Source: Eledone cirrhosa
Taxonomy: Eukaryota
Assembly (NCBI GenBank): GCA_964016885.1
Contig: OZ024742.1
Location: forward strand, 69,006,001 to 69,070,000
Length of the DNA stretch: 64,000 nucleotides
Reading direction: 5' to 3'
This document shows, piece by piece, positions 26,014-38,257 of this stretch (positions are counted from its first letter, which is position 1; the number at the start of each line of letters is the position of its first letter). The translations under genes and the position numbers were made by a program. The notes under the pieces were generated by a model. That model was not told the origin of the DNA and searched no databases. It saw only the letters and a list, made by a program, of their open reading frames with translations.

Positions 26014-27049
26014 CTGATTCCATTTTAGAAGAGAAGAGAAAACATTGCATAGAACTAGAAAACAGATAATCTAAAATTCCAAAAACAGATATTTGCTGGA
26101 AAAAAAAAATGTTTAGAACTAGAAAAAACAGATATTGTTTGAATATTTTTACGGCAACACTCTTCTCTAAAAACGAAAATAGAAAAGAATAGTCGTATAA
26201 AACCCGGGCGAAAATAATCCCCACTTTGAATTGAAGCAGACTAGCGAACCTAAGAAGATAACAAAATGAAAATAGTATCAGAAATTGAATATGAGATCGA
26301 AAAGAACGTATACACTACTAAAACACAAAACAACTAAACAAAATAGATATGTTGAGAATAGTGAAAGAACTAACATATCCCTAAACAAATAAAGTAAATA
26401 GCAATACAACAAACCAAAACCCTTAAAAAACACACAAAAAGCATCGCTTGGAACAGGTCAAATACTCAGGAGTGTATTCGAAAAATAAGAGGTGTTACCT
26501 CAGTTCACCGGTAAGTTTTGTCCAATTTTGCAAATTTACACCGACTTCGATCGACCCCAAAAAACGTCATTGGTTTCCGTAAGCGACCAAGGAAGAGTTG
26601 AAAAAAACAAAAAAAAACAAAAAAAAACACACACACACACACACACACAACAAAGAAAAAAAAACAACAAAACAATAATTTTCCTCATGGAACAGACTCT
26701 TGGGGGCTTTTCCAAAAATCATTTTCTCTAGCTCCACGAAAACATTGAAAATGGTTTTTCTCAATAATTCAAATTTCTTTTAGTAGAAAGCGAAAGTCCG
26801 ATGTCAACTTGCCTACCAGATGCTAGTAGCCATAACAACAGGTATGTATTAACAGTCACAGAATAGACAAAAACAAACCCACAGCCGAACTTAACTTAGC
26901 CGAGACAAAATACAAAACATCATCAACAACAATACGAGCAGCCCTAGTGACTTCAAAAGGGAGCCAACAATCTATTTATAGACTGATGTCGCTGACCTCG
27001 AATCAGAAAACAACAACAAAACAGCAAGGATTCTAAGGGGGGTGTTGGA

Positions 27050-29060
27050 AAGTTGAAGAAGGAGAATGAATGACCCAAAGGACCTTTGGCCATTGGCTAT
27101 GACTCGCTCTTTTGGTATAGAGTAGAAAGAATTGAATAAAACTGTAATGAAATGTTATTTGAAAAGTGCTTCCACTAAGAAAGGCTATAGGCAACGGATG
27201 CATAAAATCTGAACAAAAACTAGTGGATCAGGCTCCTGTAATGAGAACTAATGGATGGATACGCGAGTTGTAAATGGAGGAACTGAATATAGAGATTAAG
27301 TTGCAAATGGAAAATGGCAAATGAGCAAATAGAAAATGAGGGTGAAGTGGTTGAGAAACCTGAGGAAGTAACTGAAGAAGAAATGTTGAGATAAATTACA
27401 TCTGGAGTAAAGATATGGCCATTTAGAAAATGAACGCTGACGAGCTAGGGCATAACATGAATAATGATAGTAGAAAACTTATGAATCTTCGATTTGAAGA
27501 TAGAAGAAAGTTAAAAGAAATGACACCAAAGTAAACAGATTCGTCCCATACCTTGAGTTGAAGAATCTACATCAATTCAACAATATCCTCAAAGCAGCCG
27601 CAAATGTGGTGAAAACATCGCTTGGTATCAAAACAAGGGAAAATAGATGAGAAAGGACAGAACTTTTGTGGAAGGGGCGGTTGAATGGTCAAATCAAGGA
27701 AATAAGAAAAGATATCGGGAAACCTGAGTCTTCATAGAACGGGACATTACAAAACGTAGATACTAAGGATAGATTGACAAGGAAATACAACAATAAGGGA
27801 AAAGGGCTAAATGTTGTAATAGAGGAATTAAAACAATGTATCATAGCCAAAAGTGCAAAAATTAAAAAGTATGAGAGCAGTGTTCATCAGTATAGACAAA
27901 ACCGCATGTTTAACAACAACCAAAAGATGTTATTTGAACAGCTAGAAGGAAAGAAAAAGGCAACGATGCTATCCCTGAGGCTGAACAGACCAACAATTTT
28001 GGGGGAGGGATTTGGGAGCAGGATGCTGAGCATAATAGTTGGGCAGAGTTGACTGAGACTGTTAAAAAGGCGGTTAATGAACAAGCACACCAACAACCTG
28101 ATTTGAGTATCTCGGTTGAAACCCTTAAAAAGCAGGCCAATAAATTAACTAACTGGAAATCTCCAGGCCAAGATGGTATGCAAGGATATTGGACTAAAAT
28201 TATAACGTCTCGCCACCCGATACTGACAGCCATGTTCAATGTCTGCTTGATGTCGGGTGAAGTACCACGGTTCTAATAAGGAAAGACCAAGCCAAGGGAA
28301 ATGATGTTACTAACTATAGGCCTATCACGTGTCTGTCCTTGATGTGGAAATTGCTAACGGGCATTATGTCTGAGGGAATCTACCACCAACTCGACATAAA
28401 CAACTTATTGCTGGGGGAACAGAAAGGTGGCCGAAAGAAGTCCTCTGGAATAAAAGACCAAGATTATAATAAGGAACTGCAAGAGGAAGCATACTGGTCT
28501 TGCCATGGGATGGACAGGTTACAAGATGGCATTCGATATAGTTCCCCATTCTTGGATAACCAAGGGCCTAGAAATCTTCAAAGTGACAGACAATATCAGA
28601 CTGCTATTAAGTAATAACATGAAGAACTAGGAGACATAGTTAAGATCGAGGGAGTATCCTTGAGGGCAGTGAAAATAAAAAAAAAGGTATCTTCCAAGGA
28701 AATAGTCTACATCCTTTATTGTTTGTATTTACTCTCATATTCTTGTCCATCGTATTGCGAAGAGTGAAGGCATGGTACTAACTGGGAATAGGAAAGCTTA
28801 CTGTCAACCACCTCCTGTTCATGGATTATCTAAAACTCTCCAGGAAGATCATTGAATTGGATGTACTTGTTAACACTGTTCGTATTTTCAACAATGATAT
28901 ATCTATGGAATTTGCTGTTTATAAACGTGGCATCCTAAGCTGAGGAGAGGTAAATTGAAGAGAAACTAAGGAATCGAGGTATCAATGGGTGAGGTGATAA
29001 AGAGATCCACACAGAAGAAAGGTATAGGCAGATAACCCCAAGGCATCGAATGAGAGGACA
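27050..29060 (+). mobile_element. Degenerate R4/Dong-like LINE (N-terminal and RT part)
   Basis: NWKSPGQDG, NYRPITCL..MWKLLTGI, EQKG, GIFQG, HLLFMD motifs with many disablements. Confidence 0.82.
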
Positions 29061-29139
29061 TTACGAAGTCAATTTACATAAAATGTAGGGGTTTACATAG
29101 AAATTGCATGAGAAAAAAAAAAAAAACAATGATAATCAC

Positions 29140-29272
29140 GCATGTGTTCGCCATTTGTGGCTCCTATCATTATAAATTTTGCATTAATTGGGGCTGACTG
29201 AAACAGCACTTCCGGTCTGTCTTTAAGGTAGCCATGGTGATCTGGGGAATATGTCGGGCGAACTAACTTCTT
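29140..29272 (-). CDS. Carboxylesterase exon 6 (KKLVRPTYSPDHHGYLKDRPEVLF...FIMIGATNGEHM), with putative catalytic Glu
   Basis: Strong T-rich acceptor TTCCAG|AAG; matches the PxxDGxFLxxxP...GxxxxE pattern; Glu at 29147-29149. Donor C|GTGATT is weak, so the 3' boundary is uncertain. Not in the ORF track. Confidence 0.78.
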
Positions 29273-30264
29273 CTGGAATAAAAAAAAAACGAGGAAGAAT
29301 AACAGAATAAGAGAGAATAATATAACTGAGGGAAAAGAAGAAATTATGTAAGAAGGGGAATCTGTGTGTGCAATTCACATGCTACATATTTATTACTAAA
29401 TAGATTCTACTGTACCATTTTATAGTACATATTTAATAAGTTAACTACAATGGTTGGGCAGTGTATATAACTTTGCTGACCTCCCACACGGAGGAGATTG
29501 AGGAGGTCGATGCCAATTTTGAAGATGTTACTGTCTGGGAATAAAATAAAAAAAATCGAACGGGAGGGAATTTTGCTCTTAGCATAGGGAACTCCACTAA
29601 AGGAACCCAGGAATCAGGTGTTAATCTGGGCAATGGATAAGAGCTATCATCTAATAATTAGGTGTTTTATGTCAACGACAGTTAACAGCTTTTGACTATT
29701 AACAGCATAAGCAAACAAAGAATCTTTGATATTGGAGACTTCACACTAACAGCGCAGACCTGACCTTCAGGAAAACTGATCTATTTGATTTAATCATTTG
29801 ATATCAAACCACCCCAAAACCACTCCTGGTTTTATGATTAAAAAAAACATTTTTAGATGTTTATATTTATCTAAAAAGCTTCGACCATAACTCTATGTGA
29901 GAACCTTTCTTATGTTGTTTTCCTAGATTAATAGGGGGAAAGTTATATTACTGAGTCTATCCAAGTTCATGATTATTTGCTACATTATTTGAAATTCATA
30001 GGCTCCATTTTTTGTTAGAAATATTGTAACGAAAGGGTTAAGATTTGAGTTTTACATGTGAATTACATTATTGTTATTTCTATGGTTGTCGGTATTGCTG
30101 TTGTATTTATTGTCTCGATCGGTCCTGATTGAACATACATATCGCACAGAAATAGTCAAATAAAAAATCATGAATAAGAATATCTGCTACAAAATGGCGG
30201 CCAACTAACTCTGTCGAAATGGTTATAGTTGGAACACCCGTCGAACAATGAAACTTTGACTCAC

Positions 30265-30446
30265 ATGGCTTTTCGTGAAATGTTCTACCTTCTGCTTCTT
30301 GAGACAGTCCTTCAGATCTGCCACTTGTGGGTGGTTGCAGAAGTCGACAACTTTTCTCGTGTATTCAGCTGGATCTTCATTAGAGGGGACAACTGCCCAG
30401 TAAGCTAAACTTGAGCCGCTGTAACAAATTGCATACCGGAACAACC
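30265..30446 (-). CDS. Carboxylesterase exon 5 (GLFRYAICYSGSSLAYW...C..LKDCLKK)
   Basis: GLFxxAIxxSG motif and second Cys pair; AAAG|GG acceptor, CAT|GTGAGT donor; phase 1/0. Confidence 0.9.
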
Positions 30447-32390
30447 CTTTCAATTTGAAACAGAAAAAAGAAATAGTTGCTTAAATATTTTAATCAAATT
30501 TGTTGTGCGTTAATCTTCAACTGAAAGAAGATTATATATTGTTGAAATTGTAGTTGTCTGTGCTTTGCTGCTTAAACCGAAACAGATCCGAACCAGCAGA
30601 AGGAACTTTCTAGTTAGCCCGTCTTTTATTCAGACATATTGAATATAAAACTACATGATTATCCAACATCCCATTCTATTTTTAACACCGAATGGAGATT
30701 TAGCTGTTATTTCCAGCAAGTCGAATCACTGGCTGGAATTTCCCACTTTATGTATGTTATTTCATTTCTTTTAATTAATGGTCGGACTAAATGATCTGCA
30801 GAAATTGATAACATTCCTCTACTTTCTGAATTCAAATCTCCGTGGGTTGAGTTAGTCTTTCATTTTTCTTGGAGTATGGGTACTATAAAATAATTACTAG
30901 AGAGATACTAGAGGTCGACTACAACTCACCCTATCCGACGAAATATGTATCTTTCTGCCTATAATGGAAAGTAATAAAAATTATAGCTAACGAAGAAGAC
31001 GCCTCAATGTAGTCGCTGGAATTACTACAGTCAAATTCGGCTCAGTACAAATCCAAAAATCTTAAACAAGACTGTAATATTGGGTAATATAGACGTAGGT
31101 ACCCATAAAAAGACTGTGGTTTTGAGTAGAATGTTTATCTATATAGACTATTTTACGAAAGATATCCTTATATTCACCAACACAATTTATTTTAAAGTGT
31201 ATGTTTAGGTGTGACTGCACGAGGAGAATGCTGGCTTCAAGAGAACTGCACGGAACAGTAAAATCAGTTATACATGTTATACATATATCTCACTAAGGTC
31301 TTTCAACTGGGTGTCAGTGTACTCAGAGATGCATGAAGCTACTGTCTAACTGAACCTCGACATGTGGCTCAGATCTGTCCCTGGTCTGCGTATGACCTGT
31401 TTTCGCCAACGGTCAGTCACACAACAAAGAATAGCTCGCAGGAAAAAGACGCTTCAAATTTTCTTCCTTTTTCATTTGAAATATTATGAAATATACAGAG
31501 TAAAAACTATTGTTTTGTTTTGTAATTTCATCATAATATTTTATATTCACATTGTACCAACCTTTCCAATCCAATACATTCTAAATTACATATCTCACAA
31601 TACCTCATATAAACTATAGTTTTTGATAGATTCCGCACCACGAAAAGAATGAAATATAAACCTGTTTTCTACTTTTTCCTCTGTAAACATACACACGCAC
31701 ACGTAATCCCCACCCCCACACAAATGAATATATTTGTGCGTTTCAGAAATTATTGTTTAAAACCAGAATATACCTACCCAAACGACGTTCTTTATAGCTG
31801 TCTTTATAGCAGGATGTAGAACAAAATTGAAATGGTAAGTCTAATTTGCATATTATTGTACTCTAAGTATAATATTAGAACTTAATCTCCATCAATCTTT
31901 TCCAAACAATAGCAAAATAATTGAATTCCTAAACATTAAAGTTTAGAAGAATGCCCTGAATCTGGAAGAATACGTAAGAGATAGATGGGTCTATCATTAC
32001 GCGGAGCTGATGAAATAAATCAGACAGTAACATTTACCGACATATACTGTACGCATTCACTTAGGCTAAGCAAGATATGATATTCTTAACAGAAACACAA
32101 TGAAATACCAGAAAAGGCTTTGAACTCACTATATGGTGGGTGGCAGTCTAGTACCTTAAGAACACAATCATTCAGTGTCATTGACTGTTACTGTATTTAT
32201 AGGCTTTGAATATATAAAAGGCATACTTGAAATCGAGGTGATTTACTCAGAGTAACTCCGAAGAAACTAAATGTTTTGCAGCAAATAAATATATTAATTC
32301 GTTATTACTGGGGAATAAACTCAAAGTACACTAAGTCCCGATCATGCACACCTGATTAATAAATTAAAGGAAACTGTTTTCATTTCTTAC

Positions 32391-32576
32391 CTCGTGTATG
32401 CTCTGATATGAGATGCAATGAAACATCAGCACCCCCAGCACTGTGGCCACTCAAAGTGACCTTTGCAGGGTCACCACCAAAATATTTGATATTCTTCTGT
32501 ATCCACTTGAGAGCAAATACTTGATCCCAGAGGCCGTAATTTCCTGCGAACTGTGGACTCGCCATACTTAAAAACC
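32391..32576 (-). CDS. Carboxylesterase exon 4 with nucleophile elbow GHSAG
   Basis: GFLS...[36 protein letters not shown]; catalytic Ser codon 32440-32442; ACAG|GG and G|GTAAG; phase 1/1. Confidence 0.95.
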
Positions 32577-32611
32577 CTGTAATAATAATGTAGTCACTTA
32601 TTTACTTATTT

Positions 32612-32719
<108 letters not shown>

Positions 32720-33011
32720 TATATATATGATCACACTAATACTAAAAATGAAGGTTTCACTTTTTTATTTATTTATTCGTGTTCTGTCCAGGGAGAATAT
32801 TTGTACTCTTTCATTTAACGCCAAGGAAACCGGAGATAAGCACCGGCTTGGTGAGTCTTTGGCTTAGCACAGACTATCTTAACATGCAATGTATAAAACT
32901 GATAATTCAATATCAGTGAAGAACACTGAAATCTTAATAGCAATGATTGAGTGAAATCTTAATAGCAATAATAGTAATGAAGGAGTAACCAATCGTCGTT
33001 GTTATCTTATT

Positions 33012-33051
<40 letters not shown>

Positions 33052-33175
33052 TACATGCATATGGGGTATGAGAAAGAGGAAATAATGACATAGATAGAGA
33101 GTGTATGGGTATGAAACCATTGTAAAGGTTGTGTGGTGTGTGTGTTGAAATTTGTAACCAATGTAATATTCTCAC

Positions 33176-33323
33176 CGAGATAGTGGAGTCTGTAATTCAT
33201 CATAACAACAACAACATTGTTGCTTACAGCAAACACATCACCATCAAACATGGCTGCCATGCCGGCAATATTAGTCCCTCCGTGAATGTAAGCGAGGACA
33301 GGTCGTAATTCATTGAACTCGGT
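33176..33323 (-). CDS. Carboxylesterase exon 3 (RPVLAYIHGGTNIAG...VVVVMMNYRLHYLG)
   Basis: PVxxxIHGG oxyanion motif and NYRL motif; acceptor TTAAG|ACC, donor G|GTGAG; phase 0/1. Confidence 0.92.
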
Positions 33324-33378
33324 CTTAATCAAAATATAACAAAAAAAATAAACATTCTCAAACATGAAACTATAACAA

Positions 33379-33434
<56 letters not shown>

Positions 33435-33435
<1 letters not shown>

Positions 33436-34179
33436 CCCTGGCCTGGCAGTGCTACCCAGGAGCTTTGCCAGTTCGGGATAAACTCTAGAGGCATAGAGGT
33501 GCCGTCAGCCGGGCATGTCCGAGATGCGCGCAGGGCGACGAAACCGTCCTGCACGCACTCGTCCAGTGTCCGAGCATTGCTGACTTGTGGGTTTATGTCG
33601 AACACCTGCTGTCACGTGTAGGACGGATCCAGCTAAAAGCTGAGTCCACCGTGAAGATTACCCCACCCACTTCCTTTAGCCGGGAAGGGCAGGCAGTTTT
33701 TATCTGTCTGGTGGCCAAGGCGAAAGAGATAGTATGGTGGACACGTTTGAAAGGGCTGAAGACGAGCACTTACCTTTTCGGTGATGCCCTGATTAACTTT
33801 TTCAAATTTCATTTGAAAAGGAAAATCAGGGTAGAGAGGGGAGTGCTCTCTTCCCAGCATTTTGTTGAAAGATGGGTGAGAGAAGCAAGAATGGCCCGAG
33901 TGAAAGGGCCTACTCTGAGTATGTGTCTGTAAATTAAAGGTGGAAAACTGGGAGAGAGCACTTGCCCTGGTGGTCAGGGTCGCTGAGGCCTTTTAATGGG
34001 CTTTCTCCACAAATGTCCCTCGGAAATCTACCCCCTATTGGGGAATTTTTCATTGTTATATTTTTATTACATCCTCTGTTTTTTTTACATGCAGAAATGC
34101 TCATTTGTACCGTCCTGTATTGTCCTGTACTGTCCTTAATGTCTACTTTATGTAAACCCTTGTGGTTAATATAGAAAGC
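33435..34179 (+). mobile_element. 5'-truncated copy of the Tx1/L1-like LINE
   Basis: Highly similar to 42913-43653, including the 3' UTR; flanked by (ATT)n on both sides. Confidence 0.93.
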
Positions 34180-34206
34180 ATTATTATTATTATTATTATT
34201 ATTATT

Positions 34207-34353
34207 ATGCTTTCCAGCATAGTTACGCCCCTTTACGATCTGAGTTCAAATCCCGCCGAGGTTGACTTTGCCTTTCATCATTACGGGGTCGATAATATAA
34301 AGTACCAGTAATGCACTGTGTAATTGTTGGCCTTGTGCCTAAAGTAGAAACAA
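34207..34353 (+). mobile_element. 5'-truncated tRNA-derived SINE between (ATT)n tracts
   Basis: GAGTTCAAATCCCGCCGAGGTTGACTTTGCC...CCTTGTGCCTAAAGTAGAAACAATT. Confidence 0.88.
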
Positions 34354-34375
34354 TTATTATTATTATTATTATTAA

Positions 34376-34430
<55 letters not shown>

Positions 34431-34432
<2 letters not shown>

Positions 34433-37400
34433 AGTTGTATTTATCTTGCTTTATGTTCATACGAGTTATCACCAAGTCACAACCAGTGACCTCAAGAGAC
34501 AACAAGGTCCGCCATGTTCAAGAAAGAACATACATACTCACACATGCATCTTTAGTGTTTAGACTTGTGATGTACTTATATTGACAGAATCTTCCTTAGT
34601 ATATGGGCAGTTCCCATTAGTACTATCTTTTGTATTTCTCCTATACGCGGGTTTCCTGGGATTTGCGATAAGTAATCATTAGACCCCTTAGGTATCATTC
34701 CCAGAGCGCCTACAACCACTGGTATTGTTTTAGTTCTCAATTTCCACATTTTTCCAATTTCTATCTCCAGGTCCTTATACTTGCTCAATTTTTCAAATGT
34801 TTTTATAGATACATTCTTGTCTATTGGAACAGACATATCAATTAGCAGGCATACCCTCTTTTGAAAGTCTTTCAATATTATATCAGTTCTGTTTGCATCT
34901 ATTTGTCGGTCTGTTTGGATGCTAAAGTTCCACAAGATTGAGATGTGATCTTTTTCAAGTATGGGAGGTGGCTGATGCTCCCACCAATTCTTTTGATGGG
35001 GCAGATCAAAATGCTTACACATTATCCAATGTATGTATTGTGCAGCTCTGTCATGCCTGTTTAGGTATTCGGTTGGAGCTATAGGACTGCACATTGAAAT
35101 TATATGGTCAATGGTCTCTGGTTGTTTTTTTGCATACACGGCATAATGGGCTGCACCCATTTTTTACTATGTTGGCTTGGTAATTTTTTGTTGGCAGACA
35201 CTGATCTTGTGCTGATATAATCAGTCCTTCAGTCTCCGATTTCAGTCCAGAGGATGCCAACCACTGATGGGTTAAAGTTTTGTCAACATCAGGATTGTTA
35301 GCTCGCTCTGGGTATTTTCCATACAGAGGCTTTTCTTGCCATTTCTTAGCCAGTTTCTGTAGCAGTTCTTTCTTTGCAGTTACTTTCACCTGCTTTGCTT
35401 TTTCTGTGTTTTCCATTTCAGCAGTAAATGGGACTTCTGAAATTTGTAGTCCATTACTGTATCTTTGTGCATCTTTTGTAATGGAATATGATCTTTTGAT
35501 GCTTTCGTGTTTCAAAACGAGTTTGATCATCCAATCATGTGATTCCCTTAGATATGTAGATAATCCAATTGTTGCAGTTTTCAACGCAATGTCTAACTGG
35601 ATTAACCCACGTCCTCCTTCTTTCCCAGGGAGATATATTCTATCTATATCTGCCTTAGGGTGATGCATTCTGTGCATGGTTAAGAATTTTCGAATTTTTG
35701 TATCGAGCCTACGGATCTCTGTGCTTGACCAGTTGATGACATTGTAACTGTAGGTTACTACTGGTATGGCAAGCGTGTTTATGGCATCGATCCTATTCCT
35801 TGCATTCAATTCCGTTCTTAAGATTGCTCTTACTCTGCGGTAACATTCCTTCCTTATCCTTTCCCTCATTGTCGAGTGCTTGATTCCGTCTCCTTCACAA
35901 ACACCTAGATATTAGTAAGTTTTTTCTTGATCAAGTTCTCTTATCACGTTCCCCCGATCAAGATTAATGTCTGAACTCTTCAGCAGCTTTCCTCTGGTGA
36001 ACGTTGCTTTGGCGCATTTATCTAGTCCAAACTCCATTTTAATGTCATCACTGAACTGCTCCACAGTGGATAATAGCCCTTGCAATTGTTCATCATTTCT
36101 TGCAAATAGTTTCAGGTCATCCATGTAGAACAGGTGATTAATGGTTTTGTCATAGACTTTATATCCATGTTTTGTTTCATTGAGTATTTTACTTAATGGT
36201 ATAAGTGCGATGCAGAATAAAAGCGGTGATAAAGAGTCACCCTGAAAAATTCCACAATTAATATTAACTTCTCCAGCTTCCAGTGATTTTGTTTCACTAT
36301 TCAAAAGGAGTGTCGTTTTCCATGTCTTCATACTGAATGACAAAAACCTCCTGACAACGGGGGATATTTTGAAAATCTCTAAACATTTTTCAATCCAACT
36401 GTGTGGCAAACTATCGAATGCTTTTTTATAATCTATCCAAGCAATCGATAGATTTTTGTGTCTATTATGACAATCTTCCAGTATCATTTTGTTAACCAGA
36501 AGCTGTTCCTTACAGCCATATGAGCCTCGTTTACACCCTTTCTGCTCAATGGGAAATAGGTCATTTGTTATCAGGTGGTCATATGTGTATTCAGTTAGGA
36601 CAGATGTTAAAATTTTATACATTGTGGTCAAGCAAGTTATCGGTCTGTAATTTTTGGGATTGTTTGTCTCATCATTCTTCGGAAGCAGGAATGTAATGCC
36701 GTTAACTAGCCATGATGGTATCTTTTCTGGCTCCTTAACTATTGCATTGTAAAGTTGGGCTAACAGCTCATGAGACTCTGTGAAGGCATTTATCCAAAAG
36801 TTTTGTATTTTGTCTTTTCCTGGGGATTTCCATTTGCTGGTTTTTCTTAGAGCCAAGCGCAACTGTTCAACTGTTATATTTTCCCATATTTGTTCCTCAA
36901 GGTGAGCTGTATCTTTCATTTGTCTGTCTATCCATGGGGCATGTATGTTATGAACTTTTTCTTCGGCCCAGATCTTTTCCCAGAATTCTTGCACTTCCTC
37001 CTTGGGTGGTATTGATTTAGCAGTTATTGTTGACTTACCAATTTTTCTGTAGAAGTTTCTTTGGTTGTTTTTGAACATATTATTGTCCTTATAGAATCTA
37101 GATCGTTTTTCAAAGCGCCTTATACGAGCAGCTTTGGCCGACACTTTTTGCTTGATTATTTCTATCAGCATGTCTATATCACATGTTGATTTTATACTGT
37201 ACTTTTTTTTCAATTTTCTAAGTTTAGTTTGTTTAACATGTTCACCTACTTTATAGTTTGTTAAAATTTCTATGTCAGATCGGAGAAGGTTTATTTGGCG
37301 ATTGATGTTCTCTTGCCAAGTAGATTTCTTGTGGGAATTCCTTTGTTTTTTCATCTTCACTCCACATAAGTGAGTGGTGACTTTAGCCGATGCATAATAG

Positions 37401-38176
37401 AGATGATTTAAATCAGTAATGTTTAGTTTGTTTGTGATGATAATGTTTTTGAGAATTATGTTAGTCTTGTGTATTATCTTTTGGTTCTGTTTGGAGTTCT
37501 GGATCTTAGGGAGGGTGTCTCGTTGCCCCATGTCAGATTCTTTCATTTTCATCCATTCGATCATAATTTCATCCTTCAAGTTGGCAAGTTCATTCTCATT
37601 CATTTCTTTATCATTTACGATCTCATTATTTTCATTTGGAGTTTCATCTTGAGCATGCACTCCCTCCACTTTTTCGATCCTTTCTTTAATTTGTTCTGTT
37701 GCCAGTGATTCCCCCCCAACCCTGGGATTCGAAGTGTTACAATTTACCTCGTTTTCACTGACACATGTTTCATTTTCCCTTCGCTGACTTTGTGCTAATA
37801 GCTTGATCTGATCAATTTCTATATCAGTTAGTAACTTTTTTCTTACAATATTTCTTCGTATATTGGCTAGTTTGTTACTGTCAATATAGCCTCTGTTTTC
37901 GGGATGTTTCTTTTTCCAGTTGATATATGTCTGTTCTGTATTCGATGTATTTGATGGGTAGTACATGGTAGTGTAGAAAGCCTCAAGGACTTCTTTATTA
38001 TCTTCCCTTGACCATTTTTCTCTCTTTTTCTTTGGATTTCTTGGTGGTGAGCATGGAGGGCCAACAGTAGGAGTATTCCGGTTATGGGCGGTCTCCAGCT
38101 CCGAAGTGATGGGAAGGTTTGAACCATTAGCTGATTTTTCGACCCCAGTCTGGTTCCTCTCTGAGGGACGCGGCCC

Positions 38177-38179
<3 letters not shown>
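34431..38179 (-). mobile_element. Near-full-length R4/Dong-like non-LTR retrotransposon (RT, CCHC, RLE)
   Basis: [52 protein letters not shown]. One nonsense codon (35912-35914) and one frameshift (T-run near 35125-35131). (AAT)n on both ends. Confidence 0.95.
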
Positions 38180-38257
<78 letters not shown>

